Shown here piece after piece: positions 11,766 to 27,653 of a stretch of DNA of 64,000 nucleotides; the stretch's first letter is position 1, and each line of letters opens with the position of its first letter. A model generated the notes under the pieces. It saw nothing but the letters and a program-made list of their open reading frames with translations. It was not told the origin of the DNA and did not search any database. The DNA is from the human T2T-CHM13v2.0 reference genome, Homo sapiens. The position numbers and the translations under genes are program-made. The stretch lies in assembly GCF_009914755.1 (NCBI RefSeq), contig NC_060927.1; one strand, written 5' to 3'.

Positions 11766-14700
11766 GTAGAACTTCTTTACTTGCTCACTTAAAAGAGCAA
11801 CGTGCCGTGCGTGATTTTGTTTTTTGTGTGTGATGGGGGTAGTCATACTCTTTCTCCCATGTTATCTCGTCGTCCACATGAATCCATGTTGATACCAATT
11901 GTGTCTCTATTTGGTAGGTGTCCCTTCCCCAACCCTGGAGGTCCAACTTCATTCTAGGCAGTGGAGGGGGTGTGTGCAGAATTCTCAAAGTGGGAATCTG
12001 CCTGGTGTCTTGTCCTGTTGATAAAGGGTAATGGCTCTGTCTTTGGAAGCAGCACATCCTAAAAGGAGCAATTCCAGGTAGTTCCAGTCCACAACCATTT
12101 TGTCGTACCTGACTGTACAACCTGCATGTTAGTTGTTTTCCCTATAGTCAACTCTAAACTCTAACTAATGGTAGCTACCAGTCAAGCCCAGTGTTGGTCA
12201 AATTTTGCAATGACGGTATGAGGAATGAAGATGCTGCTAAGGGGAAGTTATTGTCAAAGGTGGGCAAACTTAATATGCGAAATTGCCTGACTTTGCTTTG
12301 CAAGATTCCCCGGCCCGCTGGCATGCATAGGCTCACTGGTATTTGAAATATCGATGCCCCCTGTGTCTCCAGTCACCCGGTGATCATCCCAGTTGTTCTG
12401 GAGCAGAAGCGTAGGTTAGACGTGCTTCCAGGTACTGACCCGAGGCTTGGGGCAGCTTTATGTTCTCCCTCACTTGTCACTCAGTCTCCTTGCAGCTCTG
12501 CTTTCACATCACCTTTTTTTTTCTGCCTTAAGTGTTGCTGATTCTCTTAGACTCTGGACGTGGAAGCGGCAGGTTTGGGTTTTGACTGTATGGCACTTTC
12601 CATTTGCTTTTTCAAGTGCTGTTTTGTTGCAGTGGTGGTAGTGGATGTGGCAGCTTGTCTACCTGTCCCTCCAGGCTCTCCTGTGCTCTCTAGTGCTCTG
12701 CCCTGTAGTGGGACAGCCTCCTGCGGGTGTGTCCTTTCTGGTGACATCTCAGTTCTTATTTTAATTCTCTCTGCTTTGCATTTGAATTGTTAACCCACAG
12801 ACATTAACTGAAGTCTTCCTCTGTGCTAGGCCGGAAGGACAAAGTCTAGGGACTCTGAGATGTGGCAGCTGCCCCCATGATGTGACTCACCTAGTCGTGG
12901 CCCCTCCTAGGTGATGTTGGTGGCCCTGTCTTCAGGGCCAGCTCTTTGACTCTGGATTATTGGGAAGAGACATAGTAGGAAGGCTGGTGTTATACCATCC
13001 TGGGTTCCTGAGACAGAAGTGCTGGTGCTTCACCTTGAGATGGAAATGAGACCTGCCTACTTGTAATGTATTTTATAAACAGCGATCATGGCCTAAGGAG
13101 TAGGGTGCCCATGTCTCACACAGCCCTCTGTGCAAGGGCCCCACTTGCATAAGGTCACCACCTTCTCTCTCTAATTCCCTCAAACACAGCTTGTTTACAG
13201 AAATGGATGTTACATTGTTTCTGGATAATTTTTAACCCAGAATTCTGACTTACCTTTATTTGTGTAGCCTTTTCCTTATGCAGAAATGGGGCAGATGGCA
13301 ACAGTCTCCTTTCAGATACATGAACTCTCCTTATTCCTGCTTGTTTGATTTCTGTATGTTTTTTATAAATGTTTGGGAGTGGGATGAACTTCAGAGCATC
13401 TAGCAAATGGAGTTGGATGTATTAAAACAATTTTTACAACACTGTCAAAGGAATTTTTAAAAGTTCACCGTTGTAATATTGTGCAATTGTCTTCTCCTTG
13501 TTTCCTTCTAATCTTTTTCTTATGTGTGTACGTTTTACTTTTACAATTATAATATGCATATGTTGTGTCCAATGTTTTATTTACTACCATTTCCTAAAAT
13601 TGCATGAATTTTTTTCTTCCTAGCTGTAATTTTAATAGCTGGAGAAAATTTTGCTTATTTGCTGTTCCATAATGTGTTTGATCAGCCTGTTGGGGACATC
13701 CTAACAGGGTGTTTCCATTGTTTGCTACTATGGCTAATACTACTACATACAGATCACTGTGTATATACAGCATTTGTTCTTTTGACTTCTGTCCTTGGAA
13801 TAAATTCCCAGGAGTAGGATTACTAGATTAAAAAGAGGATAGCTTGATTTTCCACATGGACGTAAGCTTTTTCCTGCAGTCCCCAAGAGAGGAAAAAGAA
13901 TATTGTTATATCTTCCTTAATTATAATTATTTTCCTCCCATCTCAGAAGCAAAGACTTAATAAAGTAACTTAGATTAGATGAGAAGCTTCATTTTTGAAA
14001 CTTTCTCTCTAACCCAAGGGGCAAACTTGAAGGAGCCTATGTCCTGGCCTTGGGAACACCACTGCCCCCTGCTCTGATAAGCTGGAAGTAAAAGCACACA
14101 CAAACGGTGCAGGGTTAACTATTTCTCCCCCAGTTTCTTCTCAGGTAGAAGAAGGAAGAAAAAGCCAAACAAAAAACCACCATCCTTCAGTGAGCAGGAA
14201 GCCCCAAACCATTGACCACACAAACAACCACATGGACAACTCCTCACTGCTGGTGCAGGGGAAAAGGGACACAGGGAGGTCCTGGAGTCGTCTCTCTTTA
14301 CTATGAACAGGGTAGTTCCTAGCTGCTTCAGGACTCCTGCTAAAGCCTTTTATTACTTCCTAGTGTTCCAGTTCAGGGGCCTTACCAGAGCCAGCTATGC
14401 TTTGTGGAGGGGTAAGGGTGTATGTGTGTCAGGGGCAGAGCGGGAGAGGAAGACAGAGGGAGAGAATATAGGAAGGGAGTATCTAGCTTGCTGGTCTCTA
14501 AGGGTCCTGCCCCTAGCATTTTTGCTGGACACATAATAAAGATCTATATCTAAGGCTGTAGTAAAGCAAGGACTGTTTCCCTTTTTTGGACACACTCAAG
14601 GCTGGGTTTGTTGAATCCTTCACACCCCAAAACAGCAACGGGCAGCTGTGTAGTGGCCAAAGTCTCGTTTGCCCACAGAGCAGTAGCCCCCGCCCTCCAA

Positions 14701-15019
14701 GCTGTTGCTGTCAGTAGGTACAACACTAGTCTGTAGGCCTCCCAGGAAGTCAGTGATTTCTCCTCTCCCCTCCTTCATAGGCTTGCCTAAGGATAGCCTA
14801 GTACCATCCATTTGCTGCTGGCTAGAATTCCTAATAAGGGGTTGGGCAGGCCTGTATGTATTACACCCACACTCTTCTCCCTCTGTCACCTCTTCCGTCT
14901 AAACACAGAACTTTGCTTCCCTTCCCTGGCTTGAGCTTTGGACTTTCTGTTTTATTTCCTGATCACTGTTCCTTATTCTTTGCTAATCTGCTTTTCCTCT
15001 GCTGCCCGATGTCTTGCAG

Positions 15020-15115
15020 TCCTCCTCTTTGCTAGCAGCCCGGCAGGCTTCCACTGAAGTACCTACTGCTGCAGACCTTGTCAATGCAATAGAAAAGTTG
15101 GTCAAAAACAAGCTG
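15020..15115 (+). CDS. KALRN: KALRN coding exon C: SSSLLAARQASTEVPTAADLVNAIEKLVKNKL
   Basis: Acceptor tcttgcag, donor CTG|gtaagt; 96 nt, phase 0-0. Confidence 0.93.
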
Positions 15116-16555
15116 GTAAGTGGGGGTCCTGGAGGCAGTTCTGTGTGTGTCTCACCTTCACACTGCTCCAGGCTTGCATCTGTCTGCCGTTTTCTCCTTT
15201 GCACCTGTCCTCATTCTTCCTATGTGATTGCAGCTAATGATGGTTTCTAAAAAGCTGTACCCCAGAGTCCTTTTTGACTTTGTTTGGGAATGGGTATAGG
15301 GAATTAATACATCATTTGGGGGCTGCAGTGTTGATGAAAGTTGAAAACTATTCAAGACAAACTCACCTCATTGCAAGCCTGATCCAGCGGCCCACAGGCA
15401 AGTGGCATTCAGTCAGTGATTGATATGTATTTGGTTAGCCCAGAAGCTAGTACACCGCGATGCTGAGACCCAGAACACACTGATTGGATATTTGACAGCA
15501 CTAGGAAATTTTATGGGGACTTGGGTAGCCTTCCAGCGTGCAAAGTCTTTCAAAAGTAGACTGCTGATTATAAAGGGGAATGGGCAAAAGTGTGTGGATA
15601 CCTCACCACAATAAATTAAGAGAGTCAGTGCCTAGCCCTACAATGGGGGGAAAAACTGAACATAAGCCACTGGCAGCCTGTCTAGCCTGTGACTGTCTCA
15701 TGGACCCATCAGCCCGTTGGAGGGATAGGTGATGAGTCTGAGCAGGTTTGGGGTTTTGGCATAATGCTGGTGAAAGGGCCCCTTTTTGGATAGCTCATTA
15801 GGATGGAGCTGTTCCTCCACTCTCCTGTTTTTACATTTAAGTGTATCACCACAGGATGACAATTGGAAGCATTTTCCTTTCTTTCACTCTCATCCATATC
15901 ACCCATTTAGCTTTTCCTGCAATTCTCATTAGGATAAATGTCTGTGCTTCTGCCAGACTTCTATTGGGCAGTCTTATTAATCACTTGGCCCAGGAGCTAG
16001 AGGAAAATGATGGATGCTCTCTATGGAAAGCTACCTAATAATTTTGACTATAGTAACTCCCTTTTCAGATATCCCAGCATATACTATATGAATGAGGTTT
16101 AATACATATGAGTTTATTCTTTTCCTGCTAAATTTTCCTTTCTAATTAAAAAAAAAAAAACAAAAACCTGCTGTTTTCAGTACCTAGTGTCAAACTCCTG
16201 AAAATCGTCTATTTTCCTGCCATCTTTCCTTTTCCTACCAGCAGGAGTTAAGTACTCTTCTGGGCACTACATTGACTTTCAAAGACCCCTCTCTGACTGC
16301 TTCTCACTTGCTCTCCCTCTCCACACCAACCTATATACCCTCTTCATTCTACAAATGCTGTATTTAATTTTTTTCTTAAAGTCATCCTTTTTCTTTCTTT
16401 TTTGCATTTTTTCTTTTACCATCTGAGCATGGGCCCTGAATTCATTCCTGGAGTATTGCAGTAGCCATTGCCTGCCTTTTCTCTGCTAAGTCTGCCTTCA
16501 CACCCAATTGGTCTTCTGTAAACACTGCTTATTGCCTCCCTCTTGGCTACATAAG

Positions 16556-16794
16556 CAGTGGTCTCCAATGGGGGGGTGCCCTCAGGTACATAAGACAACT
16601 TACTGGGGTATGGGAAGAAAATATTAGAGCCTCTTTATATCATTTTAAAATGGTTTTGTGTGTGTTTTCTTATGTATATAATGATAGTACAGTAGCATAA
16701 ATATAGAATTTATAAACAAGTTACATGTTTGGGGGTACACGAGCAAAATTATTTTCAGTGACAGAGATATATAATCAAAGTTTGGGAATCACTG
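16556..16794. mobile_element. hAT/Charlie-like MITE
   Basis: Imperfect TIRs cagtggtctccaa...ttgggaatcactg. Confidence 0.5.
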
Positions 16795-18089
16795 GCCTAT
16801 ACATAAAGTCCACACTTACCTAATATTCTGATATTTTTGTAGCCTGTTCTCCAACCTACCTTTCCACCATCTAGTTATTTATTTGGTTGTTGAACTCTGT
16901 TCCAAACAAATTGTTTTCTTTGCTATCCTCGAACTCACACTTGGCTTTCTTCCCTCCAAGTTTTTGTTCATATGGCCCCATTTCTCTGGAATGTTCTCCC
17001 TCTTATGTTTGCTTATCTAGAGCATAGTGGTCATTCAGGGTCCTACTCAGATCTCCTCCTCTACAAGGGCTTCTCTGACCAGCCCAGGCCAAATTTCCAT
17101 TATAATCCCATGGTAATTACTAAAGCCACATACTGCCTGGGACAGCTCTTAAGCAGCTCTGTGGTGTAATTTGTTAAAATATCGTAATGATTTCATTTGC
17201 GTTTTACCTCCCTAGCTAGATGGTAAGTCATTTAGGATATTATTATTTTTTGCTCTATTAGTATAAAAAAGTCTTTTACACTTAGTGGGTTTTTCATGAA
17301 CACTTGTTTCCAGAGTCTATTTTTATATTTTGGATTACCTTTTTGCCCACTACTACTGCTAAGCTTTGCACTGCTGACAGTCTCCAGACCACTAATTTGT
17401 GTGATCGATGGTGTTAAACATGTAAGCAAAGACATAGAAAAGTCCCATCACAGCAAATTTTCTAGAGAAGAGGGGATGTGGGATGGCATTGGTGTTGATT
17501 GGCTTTATTATAGGCTCTCAATAAATGTCTGTTGAATGAATGTCCTTTCTGTGGTGAGTGTGCCATAATGAAGGATATAACTTCTTCCAGCAATAACTAC
17601 TCTTGAGGACCTACAGTAAGCCCAGAATTAGAGCTATCTTTGGCTTAACATGTAAAACCAAGCTCACGTCACAGAAAGGAAAGAGGAAGCCGTGGTTTGG
17701 TTTCTTAGAATCTTCCTACCAAAATTTGATTCTTGGTCCTTTCCACCACTTTCTCTTTCTCCCCTTCCCACATGTGGTAGCAATGTAACAATACTAGGTT
17801 GAGAATATCTCAGCCATGCTTGGGAGCACTAAGTTGCATTTTCACCTTCGAGACTCTTAGTCCTATTCCTTATCAGTTCTTCCGCTTAGAAGAAGAAAAG
17901 ATTCAGAGCTCATAAAAGCTCTGGAGTATTTATTTGACTAAGTACAACTGTGTGATAGCTGCGAAGATAGTGAGTATTATCACAGGCTTGGTTAATGAAA
18001 GTACAATGTACAGATCAAAAGAAGCAATAGTATTCAAAGGTATTCAAACCATACACATCATGAGCTGTGTGTGACTAATGCATTCGATT

Positions 18090-18395
18090 CTTTCTTTCTT
18101 TTTTTTTTTTTTTTTTGAGACAGAGTCTCACTCTGTCGCCCAGGCTGGAGTGCAGCGGCATGATCTCGGTTCTCTGCAACCTCCACCTCCCAGGTTCAAG
18201 TGATTCTCATGCCTCAGCCTCCTGAGTAGCTGGGATTGCAGGCACACCACCATGCCTGGCTAATTTTTGTATTTTTAGTAGACACAGGGTTTCACCATGT
18301 TGGCCAGGCTGGTCTCAAACTCCTAACCACAGTAATCCACCCACCTCAGCCTCCCAAAATGCTGGGATTACAGTCATGAGCCACCACGCCCAGCC
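18090..18395 (-). mobile_element. AluS
   Basis: Antisense dimer; TSD aatgcattc. Confidence 0.95.
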
Positions 18396-19811
18396 AATGC
18401 ATTCTATTATTCTATTCTAAATGCAACCTTCTACAATGTTCTTGAACAAACTGGAGGGGCCCAGAGGAGGTAACCAAACCATGTGGTCCATGTAATTTGA
18501 AGGAAAGTTGAGGAAACCAAGGTTAACTATGGGGAGAAGTTAGGAGAAGACACATGAGAGCTGTCTTCTAGTAATTGAAGCACTGCCATGGGAATGAGGT
18601 TGCAAAGAGCAACTAACTCTTTATTACCCCAGAGGGCAGAATCTAGACCTGTGGGTGGGAGTTTTCTTCGTTCCATATGAGGAAGAACTAATAAAGTTCT
18701 TTCCACTTTACAGAGTTCAATTCCATCTTACAGGAGCATCTGGTATTCTTGGACTTTACTGAGTCCTTAAAGTCTTTCCGCTTTATTGGTTGCTCAAGCC
18801 GCGGCACGGAATTCTGCTTTAGAATTCGTTTGGCTCCCTGGCTCCACCCAAAGGCCATGAGATCCCCCATGTTCCTATCTCCCAGAGCTGCCCCTGGTGC
18901 TTTATGGTCACTTGGTCATTTGTTATACCAAAGCTTCTGCCTCGGTGAGTTAGGATCTCTGCTGCACAAGACCTACTGTTAAGGAACAAAAACAGGGTTT
19001 ATCTGCAGTGCAGATAAAACTCCCGAAGAGTCACCACCCACCCATGAGTCCTTCTGGACATTAATGGGCCCTTCTGTGGTCTTGCTATCAGCCTTGGTCT
19101 TTAATTCGTGCTTTTGTTTATTAAGAAAGATGCTCACCCATCTCCCCAGATAGAACTAACACACTTTTTCTGGGTTTTGCATTAAGGGATTATCTTTGAG
19201 CCAGGAATAGGGCTCCCCCTGCTTTCACTGTGTGATTTTTAATAAAGCCTTTTCTAGACGTGTGGACTGTTGCTGCTGGCAGTGACTGTGTAAGGAATCA
19301 GAAGACCTAGGATTTAGTCCTGCCTCTGCTATCTACTGTATAGTCCTGGGAAAATTACTTAGTCTACTTGGGGTTCTCTTTTACCTCACTTATTAGTGAT
19401 GCTGATTCTGTCTATTCAAATCTAATCCCAACAGAGTTATGATGATAATTGAGTAGGCATGAATGGGCTTTGTAAACTGATAATCAAGCATCTACAAATG
19501 TTAGTTCTTAGCCACCTCGACTGCCTTGTGAAGGACAGGGAAAGGGAACTGTGTCATCCTTATCTCCTGTAGCTTGGTATGAAGCTGGGCACATGGAAAC
19601 TTAGTATTTGCCAGCAATAGATTGGTTGGGTGAATGTTGCAGGGTAATAGTTTGACAGTCTATACAATTTGGTTTTATTTCCCAAGTTTGAGAAACAAGA
19701 GCTTCCTGGCCATGTGAGAATCTAGTGTATCTCTAAACTGAAGTCCTGGAGCCCCAGAATTCTACTATCTTCCTGGCATGAAAGACCAAGCCTCTGGAAA
19801 GAAAGCCCCTA

Positions 19812-20227
<416 letters not shown>

Positions 20228-20618
20228 CTAATAATCCTCTGCCTTTAGGGAAGAGACTGGCCAGGACTGAACTCCTATTTAGTCTACTTGGTGGCCTGGC
20301 ACCCTGAGAATGTGCCCTACCTGCTTCAGCAAGACTTTCCACCCTCTGGTTCTCCTATTTTGACAGCATTCATCTCCTCCTTGGGCCAGCCTTGTGGGTC
20401 ATGGAAGAACATGGCCACAGCCAGGCTGTATTTGTGTGTGTGCTTTGCCCCCCTTTAGAAGAATTAACTTGTTTTGTCAATAGCCGGGTGGAGTTAGCAA
20501 AAGTTCAGAATCCAGATGGGGAAAAAATAATGGCCTCATCATATCCATTGCAGAGGTGTATGTTTCCAGGGACTGGGTTCTTCTAGCATGCTTCTGTGGA
20601 AGAGATTCCCAAGCCTCG

Positions 20619-20928
<310 letters not shown>

Positions 20929-20973
20929 AATTACTGAGGTTCTTGTAAGAAGGTAAAAGTTTAGATTTCCACC

Positions 20974-21124
20974 ATTTTTTGTTTGTTTGTTTTTGTTTTT
21001 GTTTTGTGGAGGCAGGGTCTGACTTTGTTGCCCGGGCTGGTCTCAAATTCCTAGCCTCAAGCAATTCTCCTGCAATGGCCTCCCAAAGTGCCAGGATTGC
21101 AGGTGTGAGCCACCATGCCCAGCC
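20974..21124 (-). mobile_element. Alu monomer (FLAM-like)
   Basis: Left arm with a (TTTG)n tail. Confidence 0.85.
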
Positions 21125-21288
21125 TCCACAAAATTTTTTTTTTAGCCCAGTTACAAATCTGAAATGTCATTGGCCTGGAAAATCCAGACTTAAGCTTTTC
21201 AACTGTGTATTGTCCCTACACCCCCCAACAGTTTGCCTAGGAATTACTTAGATCTCATGCTTTTTGTCCAGAGAATATTACTTAAGGA

Positions 21289-21565
21289 TTTTGTTGTTGT
21301 TCGGTTTTTTTGACACAGGGTCTCACTCTGTCGCCCAGACTGGAGTGCAGTGGCTTGATCTCGGCTCACTGCAGCTTTGATCTCCTGGGCTCAAGCAATC
21401 TTTTCACTTCAACCTCCTGAGTAGGTGGGACTATGGGCATGTGTCGCCATGCCTGGCTGATTTTTAAATTTTTCTATTTTTAGCAGAGATGAGGTCTCGC
21501 TTTGTTGCCCAGACTGGCGTTGAACCTGAGCTCAAGCAATCCTCCCACTTCAGCCTCCCAAAGTG
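21289..21565 (-). mobile_element. AluJ
   Basis: Antisense dimer lacking its extreme 5' end. Confidence 0.88.
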
Positions 21566-21584
21566 ACAGCCACAGCCATATGTT

Positions 21585-22140
21585 ATTTTTTTACATATAT
21601 TTTATTGTGTATATTTGAGGTTTACAACATGATGTTATGAGATACCCATAGATAGTAGAATGGTTACTGTAGTGAAGCAAATTAACATATCTATCATGTC
21701 ACACAGTTACTTTTTTGAGTATGTGTGACAAAAGTAGCTAAAATTTATATTTTAATTAGTTAAATAAAATTTTGGTGGAAGTCTAAATTAGTACCTAAAG
21801 AGTAGCTAAATGTACTTATTTAACAAAAATTCCAAATACAATTTTATTAATGATAATCCTCATGTAGATTAGGTCTCTAGACCTGTTCATGCTACAGATT
21901 TGCTACTTTGTATCCTTTGACCTACATGTCCCGGTTTCCTAGCTGCCTTCTCCACTTTGCTGGTAACTACTGTTTTATTTTCTATCCGTGTATATTTTTG
22001 TGTATATTTTGACCTTTTAAAAAAATATTCCACATATAAATGAGATCATGCAATATTTTTCTTTCTGTATCTGGCTTATTTCACTCAGCATCATGTCCTT
22101 CAGGTCCATCTGTGTTGTGGCAAATGGCAGGATCTTTTTT
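21585..22140 (-). mobile_element. Old L1 (L1MA-like) 3' end, first part
   Basis: L1M 3'UTR-like sequence ending gcaaatggcaggatctttt. Confidence 0.75.
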
Positions 22141-23880
<1,740 letters not shown>

Positions 23881-24175
23881 ATGCAAATTTTTATCAAAGA
23901 GGAGCAACTAAGAGGTGATTGGTTGGTGTGGTAGGTGGCACTGGACCAGCTAGCTTACCCATTGTCTCATCACATGAGCTTTGATCTCTTCCCAAGATAC
24001 ATAGCATATTTAATAAATTCTTGGAGTCCTCCTGTACACCAGGCTTTGGAATCAAGCACAGAATTTTCCTTATATGGAGCTCGCAGTCTCTAGGGTTAAT
24101 GCTTAAAATCCTCTCCTCCCTGGACTGTTGGAAATCATTTCCTCTTAGATTTTAGTCCGACATCTCTCTATGTGA

Positions 24176-24498
<323 letters not shown>

Positions 24499-24859
24499 TC
24501 TTTTCCATTTTTTTTTTTTTTAATTAATAGTTCTTTTCTGACGAATATAAGAAATATATGCTTATTCAAAAAAATTTGGAAAAATGACGAGTATAAACAT
24601 AAATCATCATCTAGACATATTCAGTATTGAAATTTTGATATGTTTTCTTCTAGACCCTTTTAAAAATAGTATAGTTAATCACAGAGTACTTAAAATTTAA
24701 GTTCTGTTTCTCTTTACTATCACATCAGAGACATTGTCCCAAATTATGAAAATATCTTTGGAACGTTAAGACTGACATTTCTAAGTCTTAAATCAAAACA
24801 TGCTATTTCCCTGCTTACAACCCTTCCATCATTGGTCTTAGAAGGTAAAGTTTCTACTT

Positions 24860-25014
24860 CTTTATTTTAATTTTAATTTTAATTTTTTTATTTAATAGAG
24901 ATGGGGGTCTCACTATGTTGCCCAGGCTCGGTTCAAACTCCTGAGCTCAAATGACCCTCTCACCACAGCCTCCCAAACTGCTGGCATTACAGGCGTGAGC
25001 CACCATTCCCGGCC
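24860..25014 (-). mobile_element. Alu monomer (FLAM-like) inserted in L2-like sequence
   Basis: Left arm; flanking repeat aagtYtctacttctt. Confidence 0.85.
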
Positions 25015-27298
25015 AAGTCTCTACTTCTTAATACCATGCAGACAGGTTCCTTATGATCTGATCCCTGCAAACTTCTCCAGGATTCTGTTTTCACTCCTCA
25101 TCCCCTCTTCCTTTAATACCTACTCACCCAGACTCACAAAACACACAGTTACTTGCCACCCTCCTTCCCTCACACTCTGTACTCTGCCCACACCAGGCTA
25201 CTTTCAGCTTCCCAGGCTGCCCCCATGTCATTTGTTCTTTCACCCTATACTCACAATGCTGCTCCTGCCTGGAATGTCCTCCCATTGGCATATCCAGTGA
25301 AAGTCTCCTATTTATCCATTCTCAGTTCAAGCATTGCCTCTTCCATTAAGTCTTTCCTTCTCCATCCCACCATAGAGCCACCTGCTCCTTTTGTTCACCC
25401 TCCATTGTACCCTGTGTCTCTACAAGAGTGCCCATTTTGGCTTAGATTATGGAGGCCAGGGAGCTTTGTCTTATTCATCCTCATTTCTCCAGCACTTTGC
25501 AAATATTTAGCATGTAGTAGATGTTCAATAAATATTTTCCTGAATTCAAACCAGTGGTTACAATACTATGTGATGAAAGCCATGCAGGGAGTATGTAAAG
25601 AGTGTCTATAGGTGCCCAGAGAGGGGGCAGGTTATGAGTATATGATCCCAGATCCAGCGCCCAGGAAATGTGTTCATTTTAAATATGGGGATGACCTTCC
25701 TCCACACTTCGTCACATATTTGAATCTATTTGCATTTCTATTCCCCATCCTTGGATTGACTATGGGAACATTTGTTGCTCTATCCCCATGTACCTTTTCC
25801 TTTGTCCTCTGAGACTATTTGTGCCCTGAGCTCCAGGTGGGGCATAAGTCCTCACTGTGGCAGAAACCTGGCCACCACTGCCTGTTTTCTCCCAGGAGCA
25901 GAACAGAGAATTTTAGGTCAACCCTAGTTGCCCTTAGCTGGGGCTCAGTATCCCAACTCTAGCATAGGTAGCTAGGTCTTCAGAGGCCATCACTCTTGAA
26001 TTATTACAAGCATTAAAATCAAACCCATTGTTTTAGGCAGACTATCTAGCATATAGCTTTAGCCAAATTCTTTCTTCCTCTTGTCCTTGTCTCTCACTGT
26101 TGCCATCCCAGAGAGTCCTCCCCTAGAGATAGCCTGGGCTACTTTGCTTATAGAACAGGTCAGGTAGGAGGAGATGGAAGTATTTCCCCATTTGACATAA
26201 TGGACTCCTCAGATGTTCTTTGTTCTGTAGAAAGGTTGAGAGTGGACCACACAAAGCTGGATGCTCCATGGGAGTGCCCATGGGCAGAGGTGTCTCCCTG
26301 GGAAGGGGTAGGAGCACAGAGGATACCACTGAGCAGCAATTCACTAGAGGAAAACATTCATTTCTTCTAAGGGCAAAGGGATGGAACTGTGAATGAACTT
26401 CAGCAGCATCTAATGGTCAAGCGAGCCTATAAACCAAGGCTTGTTTCCCAGGCGTTGCAGTCACCATGCTACCACTCAACAGGCTGCAGAACAAAGGCTG
26501 AAACAGGACAATGGGGAGAAGGAGAGAAGAGGAAGTAAAAGGCATGTAATCAGATCAATCACCAGCTGGGCCCATCTGCCCAGGAGCCTGTCTCTGGTGA
26601 TGGCACCAGGAGACATGTCATTGGAATGCCTGCCTGTGTGCTTGGTTGTCAAGCCTCAGCACCAGACACTCTCATTTCCTTAATAACAGGTTACAGATCC
26701 TGTATCTATAAATTGAGCTAAACCCTTCTTGACCTTTCCATATTTTTAGCCTATACTGCTGCTCTGGATATAACAACTTCCATGGCTGATTACTTGTTCT
26801 GTGAATACTTTTATCTCAAGTTAAAAGAAATTCTCTCTTGAGTTTGAAGACCCTGTCCTCTTAGTTCCAGTTTCTAGTGTTGGTAACAAATTCATGTTTA
26901 GCCCTTGGCACATTTTGTCAGTTTGGGGGTGGGGGAATGGAAGGTTTGATATCTGCTTAGTGTTATGTTTTTCAGATTCAAATCTTCATATTCTCCATCT
27001 TTTCTTATAAAATGGACCATCAGGAACCTCATTAGTTTTTGATTTATTTCTCTGGACCTTTCTGTTCTACCTGTTTAGCCTATGTTAAAATAGAGCAACT
27101 GAGAGCATCATGACAATACTCCAAGTGCAGCTCACTGAAGGCCAAGCTGAAGCCTTTCATTCCTACCTTTTTGGACTGCATTTTTTTAAATCTTTGTGAC
27201 TTTAACCTTAGGGCTAATGTTTTCAAAAACTACTAAATGAAACTGTTTCTGTTAGCTGCAGTAGCTGGTTTAGGCAGGCATCTTGTAAGAGCAGTTTA

Positions 27299-27598
27299 GG
27301 GCCAGACACGCTGTCTCACACCTGTAATCCCAGCATTTTGAGAGGCTGAGGTGGGAGTATCACTTGAGCCCAGGAGTTCAAGACCAGCCTGGGCAATGTA
27401 ATGAGACCCAGTCTCTTAAACAAACAAACAAACAAACAAACAAAAAAGATTAGCTGGATATGGTGGTGCATGACTGTCCCAGTTATTTGGGAGGCTGAGG
27501 TGAGAGGATTGCTTGAGCCTAGGAGGTCAAGGCTGCAGTGAGCCATGATTGCACCACTGTACTCCAGACTGGGCAATAGAGTGAGACCCTGTCTCAAA

Positions 27599-27649
<51 letters not shown>
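27299..27649 (+). mobile_element. AluJ with a (GATA)n tail
   Basis: Dimer with a (CAAA)n linker; about 12 GATA units at 27600-27649. Confidence 0.92.
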
Positions 27650-27653
27650 TTAT

